Source: an uncultured Candidatus Marinamargulisbacteria bacterium
GTDB taxonomy: Bacteria; Margulisbacteria; Riflemargulisbacteria; GWF2-35-9
Reading direction: 5' to 3'
Length of the DNA stretch: 25,734 nt
Assembly: GCA_903910705.1 (NCBI GenBank)
Contig: CAIWAN010000025.1
Span: 1 to 25,734 of the forward strand
In this document: in pieces, positions 15,439 to 23,096 of the stretch
Position numbering within the stretch: position 1 is the first letter of the stretch
How the letters are laid out: each line of letters begins with the position of its first letter
The notes under the pieces: generated by a model
What the model was told of the DNA's origin: nothing
Seen by the model: only the letters and a program-made list of their open reading frames with translations
The model's database searches: none
Program-made: the position numbers and the translations under genes

Positions 15439-16653
15439 TTAACTTAGCGCTTTAAAGTCGGCAACATTGCCCACAAGTAGCCTTGATGAGGCAGGGTAAG
15501 AATCAAAGAGTGCCTTTTGGCTGCCTTCAAGTTCGCGTCCATATTTTACCTCAATGAGTCGATCCTCTTTAGTCAGGAAATCAATTTCATTTGCGTTTTC
15601 ATAAACATATCGGGGGTCTTGTTTTTTTATGGTTAAATAGACAAGGTTTTCAAAAATAGCGCCTTTATCTCTGAACCCACACACAAGGTTTCTTATGCCC
15701 ACATCACCGGCATAGAGCTTTCTGGGTGATCGAATCCGCTCATTTGTTGTCCCAAATCGCTCAATGGTGTAAATAAGGAACGTGCTTTCAAAATACTGCA
15801 AATAACGACTGGCAGTATCTGTGCTAATTTGCAAAACCTTGGCGAGCTTATTGATGCTAACGGTTTTCCCCGCTCTTTCCATGAGCAGTGCGAAAAAGTC
15901 TTGAACCAGACGTTCATCTTTTAATCCATAATGAGCCAAAATATCCTTGTAGAGAATATTGTCCACGAGGGATTGCAAATACCCTTCATCACGATTTAAT
16001 ACGTAGGCAGGAATGCCTCCGGTTTGCATGTACAATTCGAAGGTAGCCTCCCATAAATAGCCCTCTGCGCCTTTTGGTTTTTGATCGGTAAAGAGCAAAT
16101 ATTCTGAGAACGTCAACGGCATGACGTCGATGAGTCGCTCTCTTCCCGTTAAAAAGGCTCGATGGTCTCGAAGTAGGGAAGCCGAAGAGGAGGAAACAAC
16201 CATTTGAACTGACTGCAAGTCATACAAATTTTTTAGTTCTTGGGTGAAATCTTTGATGTAGGTAATTTCATCCAAGAATAGATAAAGGGGTTGTTCATAG
16301 CGGAGCGTGTGTAAGGCTCGAAATCGATCAACAAGGTCATGAATGCTTGTTTTTGCGAGTGAAATGTGATCGAGGCTAATGTAGAGAATGGTTTTCTTGT
16401 CGACTCCATCCGCAAGAAGTTGCTTAATCCATTGTTTCATCAACATGGTTTTGCCGATGCGTCGAAGCCCTGTTACAAAAACAACGGCTCCTTGAGCCCA
16501 ATACTCTCTCCAAAGCTGGGTGTAGACGGGGCGATCAATGATGTCGAGAGCAAAAGATGAGTCCCACCAAGGGTTGAAACGGTAGAGAATATCGTCGATG
16601 TGTTCGTTTTTATCAGACACAATAGGCCAATTGTATTCGTTTACAGCGAACAC
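15439..16653 (-). CDS. COG1373-type AAA+ ATPase (AAA_14 plus DUF4143 / PD-(D/E)xK-like C-domain), second copy
   Basis: 'RFNPWW' N-terminal motif, Walker A 'GLRRIGKTM', Walker B 'YLFLDEITY', and C-terminal 'NEIDFLTKEDRLIEVKYGRE'. The ORF-track GTG at 16653 overlaps a -35-like TTGACG. The true start may be the in-frame GTG at 16620. Confidence 0.85.
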   Translation of the reverse strand: MFAVNEYNWPIVSDKNEHIDDILYRFNPWWDSSFALDIIDRPVYTQLWREYWAQGAVVFVTGLRRIGKTMLMKQWIKQLLADGVDKKTILYISLDHISLAKTSIHDLVDRFRALHTLRYEQPLYLFLDEITYIKDFTQELKNLYDLQSVQMVVSSSSASLLRDHRAFLTGRERLIDVMPLTFSEYLLFTDQKPKGAEGYLWEATFELYMQTGGIPAYVLNRDEGYLQSLVDNILYKDILAHYGLKDERLVQDFFALLMERAGKTVSINKLAKVLQISTDTASRYLQYFESTFLIYTIERFGTTNERIRSPRKLYAGDVGIRNLVCGFRDKGAIFENLVYLTIKKQDPRYVYENANEIDFLTKEDRLIEVKYGRELEGSQKALFDSYPASSRLLVGNVADFKALS

Positions 16654-16662
16654 GTCAAGGCG

Positions 16663-16719
16663 CCTCGCCCCAGCCCTTGCAGGAAATCTCCCCTAGCCCC
16701 TCTTTATAAAAGAGGGGGA
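16663..16719 (+). repeat. Right copy of the 57-bp direct repeat flanking ATPase gene 2
   Basis: 55/57 identical to 15344-15400. The palindrome lies at 16697-16717. Confidence 0.9.
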
Positions 16720-16755
16720 TTCCCTACCCTGTCATGGCAAATTGTAAGGGTAACG

Positions 16756-17490
16756 CTACCTCGGTTTTAGCCGCAGCTTTCGAATCTCCCACTTTTTGGC
16801 TTTGGCGAGTTTGCGAAGCGCTTTTGAAGGATTGATGACGACAGGGTGTCCGACCATTTCGAGCATCGGCATGTCGGAGATATGATCGGAAAATGCAAAA
16901 CTATCCGCAAGACTAATGCCATCTTTTTTGGCGACGACTTTGATCTGTCGGCACTTCTCGGGGCCGTAACAGATCGTGCCCTCGATATGGCCCGTGAAAT
17001 GCTTATTTTTAATCTCTAGTTTTGAGGCGATGACTTCGCCAAACCCATAATGATCGCGAAGTAGCTTGGCCAGCGGTTCTAACGTGGAAGAGACAAAGTA
17101 GATCGCGAAGCCTTCTTTTCGAAAGGAGTTGAGGAAGGTCGACGAATCCGGATAGATGCGCGGTTTGATGCGTTGATCGAAGCACTCAGCAAAAACAGCG
17201 AGGAGTTCATCGGCGGTCATTTGGCTAAAGACTTTGCCGATCAAGGAGTCGGTTTTGTCGATGATATGGTTAAAGTTTTTGATAATGTTGAACTTGTATT
17301 GAAGATACCAAAAGAAAGCACGAATAAGGAGAGAACTAGGCACAATCCCTCGCTTAAAGGCGTAAGAAATGAGTAAGTTAATGGCGGTACCACGAATGAG
17401 CGTGTGGTCGATGTCGATGAAAACGGCTTTCTTCAGGGCAGAGCCTCCTTGGGGCGTTCCTCTAGGATTGACGCAACTAAGTGTTGTCAC
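16756..17490 (-). CDS. HAD-IB family hydrolase (SerB-like phosphatase)
   Basis: 'KKAVFIDIDHTLIRG' is HAD motif I (DxD), and the 'SDHISDMPML' region is motif IV-like. The start is uncertain: the GTG at 17490 has no SD, whereas AAGGAGG (17450-17444) sits 7 nt upstream of an in-frame CTG at 17436. Confidence 0.75.
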   Translation of the reverse strand: MTTLSCVNPRGTPQGGSALKKAVFIDIDHTLIRGTAINLLISYAFKRGIVPSSLLIRAFFWYLQYKFNIIKNFNHIIDKTDSLIGKVFSQMTADELLAVFAECFDQRIKPRIYPDSSTFLNSFRKEGFAIYFVSSTLEPLAKLLRDHYGFGEVIASKLEIKNKHFTGHIEGTICYGPEKCRQIKVVAKKDGISLADSFAFSDHISDMPMLEMVGHPVVINPSKALRKLAKAKKWEIRKLRLKPR

Positions 17491-17538
17491 TCCGGCAAGC
17501 CCAGAGTATGATAGGGTATATCCAATAAGGAGGCAAGG

Positions 17539-17757
17539 GTGAAGATTCTCTTATTGTTGATCCAAATGACGTCAGCGCTCAGCTTGATCGTGTTCGTTTT
17601 GCTTCATGCTGCAAAGGGTGAAGGTCTCGGCTCGATCGGTGTTCAAGCAAGGATGTTCGCGAGCCATAAGGGTCTTGAAGAAGGCCTGAATCGGTTGACG
17701 GGCATTGCGGCTGGCATCTTTTTGCTCAGTTCATTACTCCTTGGCATTGTCCACTAA
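17539..17757 (+). CDS. secG: Preprotein translocase subunit SecG
   Basis: 72 aa with two TM helices and the conserved 'KGEGLG...G' loop. AAGGAGG lies upstream of the GTG start. Confidence 0.8.
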   Translation: MKILLLLIQMTSALSLIVFVLLHAAKGEGLGSIGVQARMFASHKGLEEGLNRLTGIAAGIFLLSSLLLGIVH

Positions 17758-17763
17758 TCATCG

Positions 17764-18455
17764 ATGACCGACGTGCTTACGCTGAGTCAAAAGCTAGAGT
17801 TCCTCTGGAAGGATGTTCTATCTATTGTCAAAGTATTGATGGCGGGGGCTACCCAAAAGCGATTCTCGATAATTTTAAACCGTTAACCAAACGACATGTT
17901 CAAGGGTTCATCAGCGAAGCCAAGCGATCCCCTACCTGTCAGACCTGTCCATCGAATTGTTGTGCCCGCCTTGAAGGCAAGATCCTGCTTACGCTCAAAG
18001 ATGTCGCGCGTTTGGTGGATGCGGGCAAAGCGGACTCGATCGTGGGAACCTATAAAGGGTTTGCAGCCATCCTCGATCAATATTTGTCGGAGAGAAACCC
18101 TGATGTCTTTAGCGCGGTCAATGTCATGATGAATGAGAAAATGAATGAGACCTCGTATATGCCTTCACTGAAGAAGGTCGAAAAACGATGTGTCTTTTTA
18201 GACGATACCCTTCAATGCAGCGCCTATAAGGTTCGCCCTGAGGCGTGTCGGCGATACCCCTTTGATTTTGACCATCGCTCTCATTGGATCACGTGGGATC
18301 CGGCTTGTCCGAGCACGGAGCCCTTGATGGACGAGGCTCAACCCAAGATCGTTTCGACTATTCTTGACGCTGAAAATGAGCGTTTGCGTGATATTGCGCT
18401 GATCATGTTGGATCGCGATGCGTTGGTTCAGATCGGTTACGGGGATTATTTGTGA
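17764..18455 (+). pseudogene. YkgJ/FliB-family CxxCxxCC cysteine-cluster protein, apparently frameshifted or lacking a canonical start
   Basis: The frame of ORF 18012-18455 stays open upstream and encodes 'CQTCPSNCC' at 17937-17963, but has no in-frame ATG, GTG or TTG before 18012. Downstream, 'CVFLDDTLQCSAYKVRPEACRRYPF' completes the family signature. An ATG at 17764 opens the adjacent frame, which stops at 17884-17886. A 1-nt change in the G5 run (17844-17848) would join the two frames. Confidence 0.55.
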
Positions 18456-18958
18456 TCGCCACCGATAAGGTTCGAGAGCTTGAGCGCCTTCAACAACAAG
18501 AACAACGGGTCTATGAGAAGTTCATGATCAGTCTTGAAGGACAGGTTCGTCAGCTCCTCCCTCAAATCAACCAACCCGAATTGCTTAATGAGATGATGGT
18601 GGAGAAGAGTCAGATGATGGAGCATATCCAACAGATCGAAAAAGAACTGGGCCCTTTACGACGGGAGATCGGGCAGCTTTCAAGTCAGGGCAAGCTCGTT
18701 AACGTAAATCCAGCCATGGTGGAACAGATCAAGACCATTGATCTAAATATTATCGATCTGATCACGCGGATCTCTAAAACCGAGCAAGAATTGACCAATA
18801 AGATCAAAGACCATATGGATATTATTAAAGAGCGGCTTCAACTCATCGGCCAAGAACGTCAAATTAACACCAAATATGGCTCGAAAAGACCGGTGCAGGC
18901 GTTCCATTCCCCTGATGAGTCGTCGGCCATTCCCTCTCAATTTGATTCTGCGGGTTAG
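18452..18958 (+). CDS. Coiled-coil protein, possibly a FlgN-like flagellar chaperone
   Basis: 168-aa Q/E/L-rich helical protein. Its GTG start overlaps the upstream stop (GTGA). The position next to the flagellar cluster is suggestive only. Confidence 0.4.
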   Translation: MIATDKVRELERLQQQEQRVYEKFMISLEGQVRQLLPQINQPELLNEMMVEKSQMMEHIQQIEKELGPLRREIGQLSSQGKLVNVNPAMVEQIKTIDLNIIDLITRISKTEQELTNKIKDHMDIIKERLQLIGQERQINTKYGSKRPVQAFHSPDESSAIPSQFDSAG

Positions 18959-19629
18959 ACCTGAAGTTCTCTGACGATCGACTCGATCGATTCCCCTTTG
19001 TGAAGACGTTGGGTCATCAGCGATCGGATCTCGGCTGCATTATGATCGCTTCCATGTCGCCGAAGCCACATGATGACGAGCTGATCGATGGAGTAGACTT
19101 GGACCGGTAGGGGCGTGACGGGACCCTCTTCGGGGCTCTCTTGGAAAGACGGTTGTTCGATCAGCAAGGACTGAAGTTGATGGAAGGTGTCATCTTTTTG
19201 CTCTTTAATGAGGAGCGCTTTTTGTTGAAGCGATTTAAGCGTTTCGAGCTTGTCGGACTCGTAGATGGAATAGGGATATTGAGGGATGGACGCTTCGAGC
19301 GCATGGATCGTCTCAAGGACCCGAAGGAGCGCCTGGCTTTTTTCAAGCCACTCAACCTCAAGCGGCATGGCCTTCGAGATGAGCGTCTGAATATGGGGGT
19401 TGGTCTGCGTGAGCTCCAAATCACTGGTGACAAAGGCTTCGCCTAACGATTTGCCCGATTTTTTATAGTCGATGATACGTTGGATGATCTTGATATCGTT
19501 CGGGCTGTATTCGCGAACATTCCGAGGTCCAAGTTGAGGGGAGAGATAGCCCTTTATTTCCCAATATTGAAGCTGTCGATGCGTGCAGTCGGTAAGCTTG
19601 CAGACCTGTTTGCTTGAATACGTTGCCAT
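18955..19629 (-). CDS. MerR-family transcriptional regulator with a long helical C-terminal region
   Basis: 'YSSKQVCKLTDCTHRQLQYWEIKGYLSP...REYSPNDIKIIQRIIDYKKSGKSL' is a MerR-type winged HTH. I place the start at ATG 19629, because the ORF-track start at 19695 runs into the flgB promoter. It is divergent from flgB. Confidence 0.75.
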   Translation of the reverse strand: MATYSSKQVCKLTDCTHRQLQYWEIKGYLSPQLGPRNVREYSPNDIKIIQRIIDYKKSGKSLGEAFVTSDLELTQTNPHIQTLISKAMPLEVEWLEKSQALLRVLETIHALEASIPQYPYSIYESDKLETLKSLQQKALLIKEQKDDTFHQLQSLLIEQPSFQESPEEGPVTPLPVQVYSIDQLVIMWLRRHGSDHNAAEIRSLMTQRLHKGESIESIVRELQV

Positions 19630-19635
19630 ACGGAT

Positions 19636-19644
19636 ATGATAGCA
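19636..19644 (-). promoter_or_regulatory. Extended -10 promoter (TGcTATCAT) with leaderless geometry for the merR-like gene
   Basis: Minus strand reads TGC-TATCAT (19644-19636), 6 nt (ATCCGT), then ATG at 19629. No SD is present. Confidence 0.45.
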
Positions 19645-19662
19645 CAAAAAATGTCGTTCAAA

Positions 19663-19691
19663 TTGACACGAGTAGGGGGCATTGCTATTAT
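19663..19691 (+). promoter_or_regulatory. Near-consensus sigma70 promoter with leaderless geometry for flgB
   Basis: TTGACA (19663-19668), 17-nt spacer, TATTAT (19686-19691), 6 nt (TCAAAT), then ATG at 19698. No SD is present. Confidence 0.55.
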
Positions 19692-19697
19692 TCAAAT

Positions 19698-20099
19698 ATG
19701 AATTTGTTGGACGACAGTTTTGACGTTATCCGAAAGGGATTAAGCCTCTCTTCTTTTCGCCACGACCTGATCGCCAACAATATTGCCAACAACGCCACGC
19801 CCGGATATCGACGGCGTGATGTCGACTTTCGAGGTGTCCTTTCGGCGCAGATGAAGGAAACGATCCCTGCCTATCTGACGAATAAAAATCATCTGGCGTT
19901 TAACCACGAATCATTCGATCGGTCGATGTTCACCAATCAGCCCAATGAGACGGATATTAAGTCCGATGGGAACAACGTCGATTTGGATAAAGAAGTCGTC
20001 AATATGTCAAATAACAGTGTATACTACAGCACCTTGGCTACGGTTCTAAACAAGAAATTCAGGGTGTTACGAACAGCCATTTCAGAGAGGGTGAGCTAA
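19698..20099 (+). CDS. flgB: Flagellar basal-body rod protein FlgB
   Basis: 'FRHDLIANNIANNATPGYRRRDV' is the rod-protein N-terminal signature. Size (133 aa) and position ahead of flgC fit. Confidence 0.9.
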   Translation: MNLLDDSFDVIRKGLSLSSFRHDLIANNIANNATPGYRRRDVDFRGVLSAQMKETIPAYLTNKNHLAFNHESFDRSMFTNQPNETDIKSDGNNVDLDKEVVNMSNNSVYYSTLATVLNKKFRVLRTAISERVS

Positions 20100-20103
20100 G
20101 CTC

Positions 20104-20529
20104 ATGGGGTTCTTTAATTCATCGATCATTTCTGGCAGTGGGATGAGTGTGTCTCGTCAGATCATGGATTTGATCTCTGAGAATTTAGCCAACGTCAATA
20201 CCCTTCAGACCGATGAGGGGGGGCCGTATCGCCGGAAAGTCCCCGTCATTGCGAATAAACAAACGGGGACCTTTGAACAAATACTCGGGCAGCAGATGCA
20301 AGAGGTCGTCTATGTCGCAAGCATTACCCGAGATGGCAGCGCTCCTCGCCTCGATTATGATCCAACGCACCCCCTTGCCGATGCGAATGGGTATGTTAAA
20401 AAACCCAATATCAATGTGTCGCTAGAGATGGTCAATATGCTCGATGCAACGCGTACCTATGAGGCCAATGTAGCGGCCTACAACACATCTAAATCGATGG
20501 CCTCTAAAGCGCTTCAGATAGGGGCATAG
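20104..20529 (+). CDS. flgC: Flagellar basal-body rod protein FlgC
   Basis: 'SGSGMSVSRQIMDLISENLANVNT' N-terminus, 'PYRRK' motif, and C-terminal 'NVSLEMVNMLDATRTYEANV' typical of FlgC. Confidence 0.9.
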   Translation: MGFFNSSIISGSGMSVSRQIMDLISENLANVNTLQTDEGGPYRRKVPVIANKQTGTFEQILGQQMQEVVYVASITRDGSAPRLDYDPTHPLADANGYVKKPNINVSLEMVNMLDATRTYEANVAAYNTSKSMASKALQIGA

Positions 20530-20532
20530 TTC

Positions 20533-22086
20533 ATGCCAGCTTTTTTTCGGGTTATCTTCGAACAGATCGTTGCGGTCATTAAAGACCTAAGCGTTGCACA
20601 ACGGATGACGTTGATCCTTTTAGGCGCGGTGATCTTTGTCTCCTTGTTCGCGCTGACGATCTGGGGCTCTCGACCGGACTACCAAACGCTGTATGCGGGT
20701 CTGAGCGCACAAGACGCGGGAGATGTGGTTAAGAAATTAGCCGAGAAAAATGTGCCCTATAAATTGGGTGCCGATGGGACCACCATTCTGGTTCCGGCAA
20801 AAAATGTCCGTGAAACGCGGGTTGCGTTGGCGAGTGAAGGATTACCCAAGGTTAGCAGCGTTGGGTTTGAATTGTTCGATCAATTTAAACTCGGCACCAC
20901 TGAGTTTACCCAAAAGGTCAATTATCAGCGAGCCATGGAAGCCGAACTGGCACGAACCGTCATGACCATCAAAGAAATTCAGGCGGCTCGGGTCCATATT
21001 GTGATCCCCGAAGATTCATTGTTTGCGGAAGACAACAAAGAGGGAGCCTCGGCTTCACTGGTCATTGATCTGGCAGGGTCTCAGCCGTTAAGGGATGGAC
21101 AGGTGAACGGGCTGGTCCATTTGATCGCGAGCTCGGTCAAAGGGCTGTCTGCGAAGAATGTTTCGATCGTGGATACGCACGGGAATGTGCTGTATGCCTA
21201 TTCGGAAGATGAAGGGATGCAGGCGGGGCTGAGTATGACCCAAGTTGAAGTCCAGCGAAAAGTCGAGAAAAGCATTCAGTCCCAGATCGAAAGTATGTTA
21301 ACGAATGTTTTTGGGGCTAAATCGTGTGTGGTTCGGGTGAATGTGGCGATGAATTTTGACCGATTGAACGCTGACAGCGAAACGTACCTCCCCTCTGAGG
21401 TCCAAAATGTTCGGAGTGAGCGCGCGATTGAAGAAGGGTATAAGGGCAACAATACGCCGCCCCCCGCCAACTTGAACATCCCTGCGGGGCAAAGTAACGC
21501 TCAGAACTCAAATTATTCAAAGACAGACGAGACGCGGAATTTTGAGCTTTCAAAGCGGGTTGAACATTTCACAAAATCACCTGGCGCTATCCAGAAATTA
21601 TCCATTGCGGTTATCTTGGATCGAAAATTAAAGGACGATGAAAAGCAAAATTTGATGGATGCGATCTCCTCCGCTTCAGGACTCGATAAAGATCGAGGCG
21701 ATGTGTTAACACTGTCGACGTTCCCCTTTGATAAGACCTCGCTTGAAAAAGACACCAAAGAAATGAAGACCATGAAACAGAATGAGACGATCATGACGAT
21801 ATTAAAAAATATGGGGCTCATCATCTTGTTGATCCTGACCGTGATCTATGCGCGCCGGCAACTACGCCGACTCTCGACCATCTCGGCATCAGGGGGCGCA
21901 TGGGGCGTGAATCAAGTGGCGGGGACGACGCGTGAAGTGCCAGCGTCTATTCTTCCCCAAGATGAAGTCGAACTGAGTCCAGATGACCAAAAGAAACAGG
22001 CCATGAAAAACTCCATTATTGATATGGCGCATACCGATCCAGATGTTTTTGCTAAGATCCTTCGTCGATGGTTGTCTGAAGACTAG
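20533..22086 (+). CDS. fliF: Flagellar MS-ring protein FliF
   Basis: 517 aa with an N-terminal TM helix, a YscJ/FliF periplasmic domain ('YQTLYAGLSAQDAGDVVKKLAEKNVPYKL'), a second TM helix near residue 430 and a FliG-binding C-terminal tail. Confidence 0.9.
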   Translation: MPAFFRVIFEQIVAVIKDLSVAQRMTLILLGAVIFVSLFALTIWGSRPDYQTLYAGLSAQDAGDVVKKLAEKNVPYKLGADGTTILVPAKNVRETRVALASEGLPKVSSVGFELFDQFKLGTTEFTQKVNYQRAMEAELARTVMTIKEIQAARVHIVIPEDSLFAEDNKEGASASLVIDLAGSQPLRDGQVNGLVHLIASSVKGLSAKNVSIVDTHGNVLYAYSEDEGMQAGLSMTQVEVQRKVEKSIQSQIESMLTNVFGAKSCVVRVNVAMNFDRLNADSETYLPSEVQNVRSERAIEEGYKGNNTPPPANLNIPAGQSNAQNSNYSKTDETRNFELSKRVEHFTKSPGAIQKLSIAVILDRKLKDDEKQNLMDAISSASGLDKDRGDVLTLSTFPFDKTSLEKDTKEMKTMKQNETIMTILKNMGLIILLILTVIYARRQLRRLSTISASGGAWGVNQVAGTTREVPASILPQDEVELSPDDQKKQAMKNSIIDMAHTDPDVFAKILRRWLSED

Positions 22087-22088
22087 CT

Positions 22089-23093
22089 ATGGTTGATCGA
22101 ATATCTGGAAAACGAAAAGCCGCCCTCCTTCTTTTGGCTCTTGGTCGAGACTCGACGATTCAACTTTTCAAGAATCTAAATGAAGACGAAGTGTCTGATC
22201 TGACCATGGAGTTGGCCCGAATTTCGAAGGTATCCCCCAAAGAACAAGACTCCATTATTGAGGAGTTCTATTATGACAGCAAGGCACAGAGTTATATTTC
22301 TCGGGGTGGCGTCAAATATGCACAAGAAGTGTTGGAGCAAGCGCTTGGCAAAGAGAAGGCCGCCAAAATAATTGCTAATTTATCTCAAACGATCCAAGTC
22401 GCTCCGTTTGAGTTCCTAGAAAAAGCCGAAGCGACGCATATCGTTCGGTTTATTCATGATGAACAACCTCAAACCATCGCCCTTATATTGGCTCACCTTG
22501 ACCCCTTGGTGGCTGGCAATATTCTTTCCTCTTTGCCCGAAGAGATCCAGCCGGAAGTGGCGCGTCGAATCGCCATCATGGACCAGACTCCGCCGGATAT
22601 CATCCATCAAGTTGAAAAGGTGCTGCAAGAGAAGATGTCAGCCTATATCGTTCAAGATTTTTCAAGCTCGGGCGGGGTGAAAGCCTTGGTGGACGTCATC
22701 AATCGCGTGGATCGATCGACAGAGAAAAAGATCATGGACTATCTGGTTGAAGTTGACGAGACACTGGCCAACAAGATCAAACAATTGATGTTTGTGTTTG
22801 AAGATATCTTGAAAATTGACGACCGAACCATTCAGCGAATTATGCAGGATATTGATATGAAAGATTTGCCGATTGCCCTTAAGACAGCGAGTGAGTCACT
22901 TAAAGAAAAAGTATTTAGGAACCTTTCTGACCGAGCGGTGGATACCTTGAAAGAAGAAATGAACTATCAAGGGCCGGTGAGAATGTCGCAAGTTGAAGAA
23001 ACCCAACAGCGGATTGTTCATATTATTCGTAATCTTGAAGATGCGGGTGTTATTCAGCTTGCCCGTGCGGGTGAGATGGAAGAATTTGTGTAA
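22089..23093 (+). CDS. fliG: Flagellar motor switch protein FliG
   Basis: 'ISGKRKAALLLLALGRDSTIQLFKNLNEDEV' N-terminus and 'MFVFEDILKIDDRTIQRIMQDI' torque-helix region. It is 334 aa. Confidence 0.95.
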   Translation: MVDRISGKRKAALLLLALGRDSTIQLFKNLNEDEVSDLTMELARISKVSPKEQDSIIEEFYYDSKAQSYISRGGVKYAQEVLEQALGKEKAAKIIANLSQTIQVAPFEFLEKAEATHIVRFIHDEQPQTIALILAHLDPLVAGNILSSLPEEIQPEVARRIAIMDQTPPDIIHQVEKVLQEKMSAYIVQDFSSSGGVKALVDVINRVDRSTEKKIMDYLVEVDETLANKIKQLMFVFEDILKIDDRTIQRIMQDIDMKDLPIALKTASESLKEKVFRNLSDRAVDTLKEEMNYQGPVRMSQVEETQQRIVHIIRNLEDAGVIQLARAGEMEEFV

Positions 23094-23096
23094 ACA

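Noticed and set aside
21513-21824. 103-aa minus-strand ORF inside fliF, plus neighbouring short ORFs
   Set aside because: They are antisense to fliF and have no independent signals.
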